In this document: positions 1 through 8,893 of the stretch, in pieces
Position numbering within the stretch: the first letter of the stretch is position 1
How the letters are laid out: each line of letters begins with the position of its first letter
NCBI GenBank assembly: GCA_963837285.1
Contig: CAWIMS010000005.1
Span: 1,844,437-1,908,436, forward strand
Direction: 5' to 3'
Length of the DNA stretch: 64,000 bases
DNA from: an uncultured Actinomycetota bacterium
Lineage (GTDB): Bacteria > Actinomycetota > Actinomycetes > Mycobacteriales > Micromonosporaceae
Made by a program: the position numbers and the translations under genes
The notes under the pieces: generated by a model
Told to the model about the DNA's origin: nothing
What the model saw: only the letters and a program-made list of their open reading frames with translations
The model's database searches: none

Positions 1-1054
1 CGACCGCCGGTACACGTCCAACCGCAAGGCCGACACGTCCCTGCGCAGTCGCATGTTCTTTCGCCTCGCCAAGTTCAGCAAGGTCGACGAGAAGGCGCTC
101 GACGACACGTTGACCAACGTGCCCGACGATATGCACGAGCAAATGCGAAAGGCGATCAGCTACGACTTCGGCAAGCGGCGGATCACCGAGCTTCTGCCCC
201 GGATCGAGTTCTGGGTGGACAAGCTGCTCGATGACGCCGCCGCCCGCGGCCGCATCGACCTGATCGCTGACTTCTCCGCCAAACTGCCGGTCCTGGTCGT
301 CGCTGAACTGCTCGGGTTCCCGCCGCAGGACGCGCGCCAACTCCAGGACTGGTCAGACAGCTATCTGGTGCTTGTCGACCCCATGATCAAAGACGCCGGC
401 ATCGCGCGGATGAACGGCGCCTTCCGCCAGTTCGACCCTTACATCGCCGATACGTTGCGCCGAAAGCGGGCCGAGCCCGGGGACGACCTGATCACCCGGC
501 TGTTGGAGCGACACGACAACGGCGAGTTCGACGACGGCCAGCTGCGGGTCCTCATCATGATGCTCGTCATCGCCGGGCACGAGGTCATCACCAACCTCCT
601 GGGTAACGCGGTGGCCAGCCTTCTTCGATTCCCCGATCAACGCAAGCGGCTGCGCGAAGAGCCGGAGTTGATGCCGATGGCGATCGAGGAGTTCATCCGG
701 TTCGAGTCGCCGATCCAGGCGGCATGGCGCATCGCGAAAGAGGACATCGAGATCGGGGGCGTCAGGGTTCCGGCGCGACGGGCGATCACCGTGCTGATCG
801 GCGGGGCGAACAACGATCCCGATCAGTTCACGGACCCGCGTCGACTCGACGTCGGCCGCGCCGACAACCGGCACCTGGGATTCGCCCTGGGCTCGCACTA
901 CTGCGCCGGCCCCTGGCTCGCGCGGATCGAAGGGGCGGCCGCGCTGTCGCGCTTCCTGGAGCGCTTCCCGGACTTCCGCGGTGATGTGGACACCTTGAAA
1001 TGGAAGCCCGCCGCCGGTCTGCGTGGGCTCTACGAGCTGCCGCTGGCCCTGTGA
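1..1054 (+). CDS. Cytochrome P450, 5'-truncated by window edge
   Basis: The frame of ORF 53..1054 stays open back to nt 2. It has an EXXR motif (EEFIRFES) and a heme-thiolate loop FALGSHYCAG (FxxGxHxCxG) near the C-terminus. Stop TGA at 1052-1054. Confidence 0.85.
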   Translation, partial: DRRYTSNRKADTSLRSRMFFRLAKFSKVDEKALDDTLTNVPDDMHEQMRKAISYDFGKRRITELLPRIEFWVDKLLDDAAARGRIDLIADFSAKLPVLVVAELLGFPPQDARQLQDWSDSYLVLVDPMIKDAGIARMNGAFRQFDPYIADTLRRKRAEPGDDLITRLLERHDNGEFDDGQLRVLIMMLVIAGHEVITNLLGNAVASLLRFPDQRKRLREEPELMPMAIEEFIRFESPIQAAWRIAKEDIEIGGVRVPARRAITVLIGGANNDPDQFTDPRRLDVGRADNRHLGFALGSHYCAGPWLARIEGAAALSRFLERFPDFRGDVDTLKWKPAAGLRGLYELPLAL

Positions 1055-2103
1055 AAGCACTGCGTTCGGTCGCGGAGATCACGTCCGAATGGTGCTCCGC
1101 CGCCCTCGCCCGATGGATCGGTCCCGCCCGGGTGGCCGACGTGAGGGCCACTCCACTCGGCACGGGGCAGATGGCCGACACGTACCGGCTGCGCCTGAGC
1201 TACCAGCCCGCGAACGCCGGGCCGCCCACCTGCGTGGTGAAGCTCACGGCGGCTTCGTCGGCAAGCCGCACGGCCGCCAAGGTGACGCGTTCCTACGAGG
1301 TCGAGGCGCGGTTCTACCAACACCTCGCCTCGATGCTGCCGGTGCACAGCCCTCGCTGCTACGTCTCGTGCTACGACGAGCAGACCGGCGCGTTCACGTT
1401 GCTCCTCGAGGATGTCGGCGCCGGCCGCGTCGCCGACCAGATCGAGGGATGTGACCCCGGCGAGGTGGAACGTGCCGTCGATCAGCTCGCGGCGCTGCAC
1501 GGGCCGATGTGGGGAAACCCCGCACTGGCCTCGCATGCCTGGCTGCCGCGCCACGACGGCCCCGACGCCGCCTGGATGGCCTCACTGGTCCGAAGGGTCT
1601 ACCCCCGCTTCCTGCGCCGGTTCGGGGACCAGCTGAGGCCCCAGGTCGTCGACCTCCTCGATGTGTTCGTGCCGAAAGTCGAGCGGTACCTTCGTGACCG
1701 CCCCGGCCCGCGCACGGTGGTCCACGGTGACTTCCGCGCCGACAACCTTGTCGTCCACGAGGGCCACATCACCGTGCTGGACTGGCAGACCGCGGCACAC
1801 GAGCCCGCGGTCACCGATCTCTCGTACTTCCTCGGGGCCAGCGTCGACGTTCCACAGCGACGGGAGATCGAGCAGTCCGCGGTGCGGCACTACGTCAGGG
1901 CGCTGAGCAACTACGGTGTCACCCTGTCCGTCGACGACTGCTGGCGCGACTACCGCCGATACGCGTTCGGCGGCCTGTTCATGTGCATTGTCGGGTCGAC
2001 GTTGGTCGCCCAGACCGACCGTGGCGAGGACATGTTCGCAACCATGACGAACAGGCACGGCATGCACGCCATCGACCTCGACTCCAGCGCGCTTCTCCGC
2101 TGA
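1051..2103 (+). CDS. Phosphotransferase-family kinase (APH/EcKL-like)
   Basis: ORF 1000..2103. An in-frame GTG at 1051 forms a GTGA overlap with the P450 stop. The catalytic-loop-like VVHGDFRADNLVV followed by VLDWQ is typical of the aminoglycoside/ecdysteroid-kinase-like fold. Confidence 0.7.
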   Translation: MKALRSVAEITSEWCSAALARWIGPARVADVRATPLGTGQMADTYRLRLSYQPANAGPPTCVVKLTAASSASRTAAKVTRSYEVEARFYQHLASMLPVHSPRCYVSCYDEQTGAFTLLLEDVGAGRVADQIEGCDPGEVERAVDQLAALHGPMWGNPALASHAWLPRHDGPDAAWMASLVRRVYPRFLRRFGDQLRPQVVDLLDVFVPKVERYLRDRPGPRTVVHGDFRADNLVVHEGHITVLDWQTAAHEPAVTDLSYFLGASVDVPQRREIEQSAVRHYVRALSNYGVTLSVDDCWRDYRRYAFGGLFMCIVGSTLVAQTDRGEDMFATMTNRHGMHAIDLDSSALLR

Positions 2104-2112
2104 ACCTCGACG

Positions 2113-2406
2113 TCAGTCCCGACCGTCGCCCTTGCCAGCGCCCTGCCGCAACAGTTCGAGGACGAGGTCCTCGATCTCCTCGACCGTGGTGATGTGCTGT
2201 ACCTGCGCCTGGTCCAGCGGTGGGAGGTCGAACTCATCCTCCAGCGCGAAGCCCAACTCGAGCAGGGCGAGCGAGTGGTATTCGAGATGCTCGACCAGGT
2301 GGGTCGCGCTTGCCTGGACTCCGTCCGGGTTCGGCGCAACTTGCAAGATGATCGATCGGACCTTCGCCCGAACGTCCGCGTCGGCCGATTTGGCGTCAAT
2401 GCTCAT
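2113..2406 (-). CDS. Acyl carrier protein (stand-alone)
   Basis: ORF 2113..2478; the internal ATG at 2406 gives an acidic 97-aa protein. Carrier-protein helix II signature LEYHSLALLELGFALEDEF, with Ser as the putative phosphopantetheine site. Divergent from the FAAL gene. Confidence 0.65.
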   Translation of the reverse strand: MSIDAKSADADVRAKVRSIILQVAPNPDGVQASATHLVEHLEYHSLALLELGFALEDEFDLPPLDQAQVQHITTVEEIEDLVLELLRQGAGKGDGRD

Positions 2407-2584
2407 TGAGTCTTCGCCACCGTTCTCATCGTCGGTTGGATCCACTGTGCCTATCGCGACAGCTGTGTTAGTGCGCATGATGACTCAAGCGCAGCCGATC
2501 CGACATCCTGAACCTATCGCTACGAGCATCGCACCGAATCCAGGGCTACGGCCAGAAGTCACAAACGAAGGAGAAGTGTCCAAA

Positions 2585-4231
2585 GTGACTACCAACCCAC
2601 TGACCTCCTGGATCGATGTGCCGGCATCATACCGAGGCATACGGTTCTGGCGGAACGATGACTGGGAGTGGCAAACATACGAGCACCTGGCCGGGTTCGC
2701 CCGCCGGATCGCCGGAGGGATTGCCGCGTCAGGCATCCGACACGACGACCGGGTTCTTGTCATCGAGCGCTCGGGACCGGAGTTCGTCGCCACGCTGTTC
2801 GGCATCATGCTCGCCGGAGCGATCCCGTGCCCGGTCGCACCGCCACAGCTCTTCCAGAGCGAGCTGCTCTATGCGCGACACCTGCACGCGATCAGCGAAG
2901 CCGCACAGCCGTCGATGGTGATCACCGCGGCCGACCTCGTGGAGCGGCTGACGTTCGGCGGCCACGAAACGCAGGTCCGCACCGCGGCTGAGCTCGCGTC
3001 CGGTGGCGAATACACCGCCGGCCGTTCGGCGAGCGCCGCCCTGCTGCAGTTCACCTCGGGATCGAGCGGACGGGTCAAGGGTGTGCGGGTGCCGGTCTCC
3101 GCCCTCGCCACCAACGTGACCGCCATCAGCACCTGGCTGGAGATGGCCGAAGGTGACGCGACCGCGTCGTGGCTGCCGGTACACCACGACATGGGGTTGA
3201 TCGGATGCCTGGTGACGCCCGTCGTCCAGCAGCGCGACCTGTGGCTGCTGGAGCCGGCCGACTTCGTCCGCGACCCGGCACGCTACCTGGCCTGCTTCAG
3301 CGCGCCCGGTGCCGTGATGACCGCGATGCCGCCGTTCGGCCTTGATTACATCGCTCGCCGGGTATCACCTGAGTCGCTTGCCGGGTCGGACTTCTCCGAC
3401 TGGCGCGCCCTCATCGTCGGCGCGGAGCGCATCGACGTCGGTGTACTGGACCGGTTCATGGCGCTGATGGGCCCGTTCGGATTCGACCGGCGCGCGCTGC
3501 TACCGGCGTACGGGCTGGCGGAGGCCAGCCTTGCCGTCACCGGACTGGCGCTCCGTGAGGAGTTCGCGACGGTTCCGGTCGCGCCGCAGCTCGTGTCGCT
3601 CGGCAAGCCGGTGACGGCGACGGGAACAGACGTCCAGCAGGTGGTCGGTTGTGGGCGTGCGTTGGACGGCGTCGCCGTTTCGGTCGTCGACGAAGCGGGT
3701 GCGCCGCTGCCGGACCGTCACGTCGGGCAGATCGTGGTGCGCGGTGACTCGGTCGCGGAGGGATACGTCCGTGCCGAAGGCGCAACGGGCCTCACCGAAT
3801 GGCGCGACGGCGCGCTCTGGACCGGCGATGCGGGCTTCATGGACGACGGACAGCTGTTCGTCATCGGGCGCCTCGGCGACGCCATGAAGGTCCGTGGACG
3901 GACGGTCTTCGCGGAGGACATCGAGAGCGCGCTGGTTGAGGCTGGTGTGCCGCGCCTCCGCGCAGCCGTCCTCCTCGGCTCGTCTGCGCGGGGCGCGACA
4001 GGTGTGGTCCTCCTCGAACGGCCTGAGGACGGTTGGATCGCGGCAGCGGCGGCCACTCTGCAACGCATCACGGAAGGCGCGTCGGTCGCGATCTTCGACG
4101 TCCCACGGCGGTCCATCTCCCGTACGACCAGCGGCAAGCCGAAGCGCCGGGAGATGTGGGCCGCCTACGTAGCCGGAACGATCGAGGGAACCGAGATCAC
4201 CGGCGTGCCGGTCACCAGCGTGGGCAACTGA
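2585..4231 (+). CDS. Fatty acyl-AMP ligase (FAAL, FadD32-like adenylating enzyme)
   Basis: ORF 2132..4231; the first ~150 aa are a Ser/Arg-rich shadow of the opposite-strand ACP gene. GTG 2585 (alt. 2576) follows GAAGGAG at 2567-2573. Adenylate-forming motifs LLQFTSGSSGRVKGVRV and WTGDAGFMDDGQLFVIGRLGDAMKVRGRTVFAEDIE. Confidence 0.8.
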   Translation: MTTNPLTSWIDVPASYRGIRFWRNDDWEWQTYEHLAGFARRIAGGIAASGIRHDDRVLVIERSGPEFVATLFGIMLAGAIPCPVAPPQLFQSELLYARHLHAISEAAQPSMVITAADLVERLTFGGHETQVRTAAELASGGEYTAGRSASAALLQFTSGSSGRVKGVRVPVSALATNVTAISTWLEMAEGDATASWLPVHHDMGLIGCLVTPVVQQRDLWLLEPADFVRDPARYLACFSAPGAVMTAMPPFGLDYIARRVSPESLAGSDFSDWRALIVGAERIDVGVLDRFMALMGPFGFDRRALLPAYGLAEASLAVTGLALREEFATVPVAPQLVSLGKPVTATGTDVQQVVGCGRALDGVAVSVVDEAGAPLPDRHVGQIVVRGDSVAEGYVRAEGATGLTEWRDGALWTGDAGFMDDGQLFVIGRLGDAMKVRGRTVFAEDIESALVEAGVPRLRAAVLLGSSARGATGVVLLERPEDGWIAAAAATLQRITEGASVAIFDVPRRSISRTTSGKPKRREMWAAYVAGTIEGTEITGVPVTSVGN

Positions 4232-4240
4232 GGGTCCTGC

Positions 4241-6634
4241 TCACTCGCCCCCACCGGCCTGGTTGTGACCATCCACGAACACCAGGCGCATTTCAGCGGT
4301 GTAGGCGTTCCCGGCGGTGTCGGCCAGCCATGACTGCTCGGGTGCGGGCAGCATCTCGCTGAATGTCACCGACGCGCCTTCGGTCTCGGCACCGGTCCGC
4401 AGGAGCTGCGCCAGGACGCCCACCTGTACCTCGCTGCGGAAGTCCACGAACACCGGCTTCGTCTCGGAACTGATCGAGGCGAACACGGTCTCCGGTATCC
4501 CCCGGTTCCGCAGCCAGCGACGGGCTGCCACGAAATGCTCGGGATCGCTGCGCGCGGACACCCAGTCCAGCTCGGCGATGGGGAACGACCAGGTCTCCCG
4601 GAACACGACCAGGTTGTCCACGACCACCCGAGGTGTGTGGTCGTGCCCGCGGACCACCTCCTTGAGCACGTCCATGATGTCGAACATCATCCTGGCGCCG
4701 TGGATGTCGGCCACGTCGAACTGCTCGGCCGCGCCGGGCAGTCCAACGACCAGCTTGTCCCCGTCACGGCGGGCTTCCAACCCGGACAGGGGGAGCTGCC
4801 GGTCGAAGCCGCGCGGCGGGTACGGGGACACGCACAGCCGCCAGTCGCGGGCGTCGTTGAGCCACGGGTAGGTCCGCGCGACCACCCTGGGGTAGCTCTT
4901 GACCGGGCTGAGCATCACCCGGCCGTCGGGGATGGCCGTGGTCAGCATGGCCCGTAGTTCCTCGGTGTCGGGATGGGCCCAGCCGAAGACCGGGGTCTCG
5001 AACGGGCAGTAGGCGACGTGGATCTCGCCGATCACCGGCTGGAACTCGCCACGCGCGAACTCCTGGGCGCCCCGCGCCGCGATGAGCATGTCGATACTGT
5101 GGATCCGGGCGTACGCCCAGCTCGGGTACGCGCCCGCGAACCTCTCCTCGACCTGCCCACGCAGCGTGTGGCTGGTGTGCGTCGTCACATGGGCGTCGGT
5201 GTCCATGCCGAGAATCGCCCGCCAGTGCGCGGCGAACTCCTTGATCAGGTGATCCAGCGGGCGGTTGCCGGGGACGAAGATCCGGTCTGCACAGGAGAGC
5301 ACGAGTTCGTTGAAACCCACCGCCTCGGTACCCATCGCGTCGAAGGCCTCCGAAAGCACGGCCCGCAGCCGCTGCGCCGCCTCATGGGCGAACCAGCGTG
5401 CGCTCGTCAGCAGCAGCGACAGCGGATCGGCGCACGACTCCAGCACCTGCGGCCCGAACGACAGGGCAAGGTCGCGGGCACATTCCACATATGTCAGGCG
5501 CCGGCCGCCATAGACCTGGCCGGGCCGCCGTGCCGGGTCGACTCCGGTCAGCTCGGTGAACTCATGCTCCAGCTGCGCGTTGAGCCTTCGGAGGTCTTCC
5601 GCGTCCTGGTAACCGGCCAGCGCGTCGCGTGCCGCTTCCAGCCGGTCGAGCACACCGGTCGCCCGGTTTCTGACTCCGGCGTCACCGATCACCGCGAGCC
5701 GCTTGCGCAGCTCCCGTTCGGCGTGCTGCACCATCGGCGGTTCCAGGTCCCACAGCAGGAGCCCCTTGGCCGCCAGCCGGTCCAGTTCCTCGTACACCGT
5801 GGCCGGCTCAGAGCCGTACTCGGCCGCTATCACCCGCGCACTACGGCGACCGTCCACGAGTGCCAACAGCCGGACCTCGTCGGCGTCGAGTTCGACGGGC
5901 CCGGCCTGAGTCCGGGCGCGGGCGCCGGAGAGGTAGACGGTGGGGTGGCGGCGAGGTGCGATCCAGGGGCGCACCTCGGGGTCGCTGGACAGGCTCGCCG
6001 CCAGCGCGTCGACGGCCCACGGCTCCAGGAAGAGCTCGCCCCGGCTGACCAGGGCCGGGCCTGGCTTCATCCGCAGCGGCTCGCCGTCGGAGCGGAAATC
6101 GAACCAGCTCACCGGGCCGAAGAACCCGATCGTCTCGTTCTTCGCGCAGTACCGGGCCCAGTACTTGGCCACGATCCGCTGCCGCTTGCGCAGCCGCTGG
6201 TTGTTCGGAGCGTCCGGGCCCATCTGCCCGAGCCCGACGATCATGGGTTCGACAAGGTCGGGGTTCTGCCAGGTCACGGCCTCCAGGAAGTCGGCGCGCC
6301 GGGCGATCCGGCTGAGCAGCTCGGCCTGCCGCGCCGCGCCACGGGCGACCGCGGCGTCCAGTGCCTGGCGGGTGCTGTCACCGGGGTCGTCCAGCCAGCG
6401 GTCCACGGCCGCGGCGTAGCTGGCGTCACCGAGTTCGAGAAGGCCGCCGATGGGGAACCCGGCGCTTCGGAGCGCGCCCTGCGACCAGAGGTGGAAGCCG
6501 CCGGGGAGCGGGATGAAGGTACCGGGCGCGAGGGCGGCACTCGCGGGCGCGGAGGACCGCAGGCGGGCGGCTGGTCCTTGGGCTGTACTTGTGGGGTCTG
6601 CTGTTGCATCGACGATTAATTCGGCGTCGGTCAC
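4241..6634 (-). CDS. Small LanB-like protein (lantibiotic dehydratase N-terminal family, no elimination domain); possible PEARL-type enzyme
   Basis: ORF 4241..7030. GTG 6634 is preceded by GGAG (cttGGAGtccagGTG); the upstream part of the ORF overlaps the P450 gene and is not protein-like. LanB-N-like blocks FLEAVTWQNPDL and YCAKNETIGFFGPVSWFDF. It lacks the RYxxGGPHxRxR block that defines LanB C-terminal domains. Confidence 0.75.
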   Translation of the reverse strand: MTDAELIVDATADPTSTAQGPAARLRSSAPASAALAPGTFIPLPGGFHLWSQGALRSAGFPIGGLLELGDASYAAAVDRWLDDPGDSTRQALDAAVARGAARQAELLSRIARRADFLEAVTWQNPDLVEPMIVGLGQMGPDAPNNQRLRKRQRIVAKYWARYCAKNETIGFFGPVSWFDFRSDGEPLRMKPGPALVSRGELFLEPWAVDALAASLSSDPEVRPWIAPRRHPTVYLSGARARTQAGPVELDADEVRLLALVDGRRSARVIAAEYGSEPATVYEELDRLAAKGLLLWDLEPPMVQHAERELRKRLAVIGDAGVRNRATGVLDRLEAARDALAGYQDAEDLRRLNAQLEHEFTELTGVDPARRPGQVYGGRRLTYVECARDLALSFGPQVLESCADPLSLLLTSARWFAHEAAQRLRAVLSEAFDAMGTEAVGFNELVLSCADRIFVPGNRPLDHLIKEFAAHWRAILGMDTDAHVTTHTSHTLRGQVEERFAGAYPSWAYARIHSIDMLIAARGAQEFARGEFQPVIGEIHVAYCPFETPVFGWAHPDTEELRAMLTTAIPDGRVMLSPVKSYPRVVARTYPWLNDARDWRLCVSPYPPRGFDRQLPLSGLEARRDGDKLVVGLPGAAEQFDVADIHGARMMFDIMDVLKEVVRGHDHTPRVVVDNLVVFRETWSFPIAELDWVSARSDPEHFVAARRWLRNRGIPETVFASISSETKPVFVDFRSEVQVGVLAQLLRTGAETEGASVTFSEMLPAPEQSWLADTAGNAYTAEMRLVFVDGHNQAGGGE

Positions 6635-6813
6635 CTGGACTCCAAGTTCGCGTGGTCTGGAAAGGCCCAGGCAGCCGAACCGGAGGCTTGTGGTGCATGC
6701 GCAGCCCACGCTGACGCCGAGTGCCCGGGCAAGCACGTTCTTGGGGCGGAGTCGGTGGAATAGGACAGTGCCACCAGCAGGTAGGGCGCCGGCCGCGTTA
6801 GTGCGAGTTTCAC
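6631..6813 (-). CDS. Candidate 60-codon ORF (possible scaffold/precursor peptide); very uncertain
   Basis: Track ORF 6631..6813 with a GTG start. Its TGA overlaps the predicted small-LanB GTG start (GTGA). No clear RBS, and third-position GC is lower than in neighbouring genes. Confidence 0.2.
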   Translation of the reverse strand: MKLALTRPAPYLLVALSYSTDSAPRTCLPGHSASAWAAHAPQASGSAAWAFPDHANLESR

Positions 6814-6870
6814 ACGTAGGCAGGGAGTTGGGTAGCCGGACGACTGCCCGATCGCGCACTTGTAACCCAG

Positions 6871-8064
6871 CTACGCCGGGGTCACCCGGATCGGTACGCT
6901 GGAGTATGTACGGAAACTCGGGCTGTGCCGGCGCACGGCCGGCCCGTCGGGTTCCATGCGTGCGAAATGGCGGGCTACGAACCGCAGTACCGATGCCGTC
7001 TCGGCCCGGGCCAGCGCCGCGCCGAGACACACGTGGATCCCCCCGCCCCCGAAACTGAGGTGCGGATTCGGGTGTCGGGTCAGATCCAGCTCACTCGGTC
7101 GCTCGAAGCGATCTTCATCGTGGTTTGCCGAGCCCAGGTGCAGGATGAGCACCCGTCCGGGCCGGATCGCGCGATCGCCGATCTTGACCGGCTGATGCAC
7201 CAGCCTGCTCTTCACCTGCACGGGAGCGTCGAACCTCAGCAACTCTTCGACCGCTCTGGGGGCCAGCTCAGGATCGGCGCGCAGGATCGCCACCTGGTCC
7301 GGGCGGGCCGCGAGCGCCGCAAAGCCGTTTCCGAGCAGGTCGGTCGTTGTCGAGAAACCAGCAAATAGCAGGAATACGACATTGTCGATAAGAGCCTGTC
7401 GACCGGCTGTCGTCTCCTCGACACCACACAAGCGAGAAACGACATCGTCGCCGGGGCTGCGCTGCTTCGCTTCGAAGAGGGTGGTGACCTTGTTCTGCAT
7501 CCACTCCAGCGCCGCGGTGGTCTCCGCTCGCTCGTCTTCCGGGAGATAGGTCGCGAAGGCCTGCGACAGAACTCTCGCCCGGGGGCGTACCTCGTCAAGG
7601 TTCTCCCGGTCCATCCCCACGAAGTCCGCCAGCACCCGGATCGGTAGCTTGTCCGCCAGGTCGGTCACCGCGTCGAACCGACCTTCGTCGACGGCCGGGG
7701 CGAGCAGCTCGTCGACCATCGAATCGACGCGCCGCTGCCGCTCCCGCACCGCGCGCGGGGTGAACTCACTCATGAAGAGACGGCGCAACACCGTGTGCGC
7801 CGGAGGGTCACGGTTCAACATGACGTGTCCGAAGAAATCCGACAGGGGTCCGTCGCCCATGGCGATCCGGTGGTACTCCTCGTCGAACTCGGCGCCGAGG
7901 CGGGCATCGTTGTTCATCGCGGCCACGTCGGCGTATCTCATCACGACCCACTGCGCCGGGCCGCCTCGGCAGAGCGGTCCGGCTTCGCGGAATTTCTGGT
8001 AGATGGGATAGGGGTCTTCGACCGAAGCGAGATCCAACGCGTCGTACTTCGGCGGCAAACTCAC
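6871..8064 (-). CDS. Cytochrome P450
   Basis: ORF 6871..8130. GTG 8064 is preceded by GAAGGAGGAGG. Heme loop FGGGGIHVCLGAALAR and EXXR motif (EELLRFDA). Confidence 0.85.
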   Translation of the reverse strand: MSLPPKYDALDLASVEDPYPIYQKFREAGPLCRGGPAQWVVMRYADVAAMNNDARLGAEFDEEYHRIAMGDGPLSDFFGHVMLNRDPPAHTVLRRLFMSEFTPRAVRERQRRVDSMVDELLAPAVDEGRFDAVTDLADKLPIRVLADFVGMDRENLDEVRPRARVLSQAFATYLPEDERAETTAALEWMQNKVTTLFEAKQRSPGDDVVSRLCGVEETTAGRQALIDNVVFLLFAGFSTTTDLLGNGFAALAARPDQVAILRADPELAPRAVEELLRFDAPVQVKSRLVHQPVKIGDRAIRPGRVLILHLGSANHDEDRFERPSELDLTRHPNPHLSFGGGGIHVCLGAALARAETASVLRFVARHFARMEPDGPAVRRHSPSFRTYSSVPIRVTPA

Positions 8065-8107
8065 GACCCGCCTCCTCCTTCGTAGGCCCTCGACTCCGAA
8101 CTGACGC

Positions 8108-8893
8108 TCACGCGGGCAGCTCACCGTCATCGCCCAGGTGCGCCGCCGCGGCCTGGAGGACCGCGTCGCGCTGCGCGATGAGGTAGAAGTGCCCTCCCGG
8201 AAAGATGTGGAGCGTCATGGGTCCGGCGGTCACGTCGGTCCACGGCTGCATATCGTCCGGCTTCACGTCGGGGTCGTCGTCGCCGACCAACGCCACGACG
8301 GGGGTGGTCAACCGTCCTGGCGACGGCCGGTAGCGGGCGACCGCGCGGTAGTCGCTGCGAAGCCCGGCGAGTACGACGTCGCGTACCTCTGGCCTGTCGA
8401 TCAGGGCCGCCGGCGTGGCGCCCAGCCGCCGCAGCTCGCCGATGAGCGCCTGGTCGGTGAACTCCCTCAGGCCGTTCCGGAGTGGACGGCTCGGTGCAGG
8501 ATGGCTCGACAGGAACGTGGCGACCGGTCGGATACCCAGCGCCTCCAGCCGTAGTGCGGTCTCGAACGCCACGACCGCACCCATGCTGTGACCCAGCAGT
8601 GCGACCCGGCGGGCGGGCGCCGACCATTCCTGGGCACGCAGGGCCTTGACGACACCGTCGGCGAGCCGGTGCACGTCGTCGACGCAGGGCTCGCGTAGCC
8701 GGTCGAGCCGCCCAGGGTACTGCACGGCGGTCAGCTCGACCGTGGTCGGCAGCAGCCGGCCCCACGAGCGAAAGAACGAGGCCGAGCCACCGGCGTGTGG
8801 AAACGCCAGCAGGGCTGTGCGCGCGCGTGGACGAGGATGGGCGCAATGCAGCCAGGCGCCGCTCGCGTAGCGCTGGCTGTTGCGCGGACTCAT
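8108..8893 (-). CDS. Type II thioesterase (alpha/beta hydrolase)
   Basis: ORF 8108..9022. ATG 8893 forms an ATGA overlap with the upstream stop. LLAFPHAGGSASFF and the nucleophile elbow GHSMG are typical of NRPS/PKS editing thioesterases. Confidence 0.85.
   Translation of the reverse strand: MSPRNSQRYASGAWLHCAHPRPRARTALLAFPHAGGSASFFRSWGRLLPTTVELTAVQYPGRLDRLREPCVDDVHRLADGVVKALRAQEWSAPARRVALLGHSMGAVVAFETALRLEALGIRPVATFLSSHPAPSRPLRNGLREFTDQALIGELRRLGATPAALIDRPEVRDVVLAGLRSDYRAVARYRPSPGRLTTPVVALVGDDDPDVKPDDMQPWTDVTAGPMTLHIFPGGHFYLIAQRDAVLQAAAAHLGDDGELPA

Noticed and set aside
2132-2584. N-terminal extension of the FAAL ORF
   Set aside because: It is a Ser/Arg-rich shadow of the opposite-strand ACP gene, and the RBS-supported GTG lies at 2585.
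6635-7030. N-terminal 132 codons of ORF 4241..7030 as part of the small LanB
   Set aside because: This stretch overlaps the 3' end of the P450 gene and reads as non-protein-like sequence. An in-frame GTG with GGAG at 6634 gives a sensible N-terminus.
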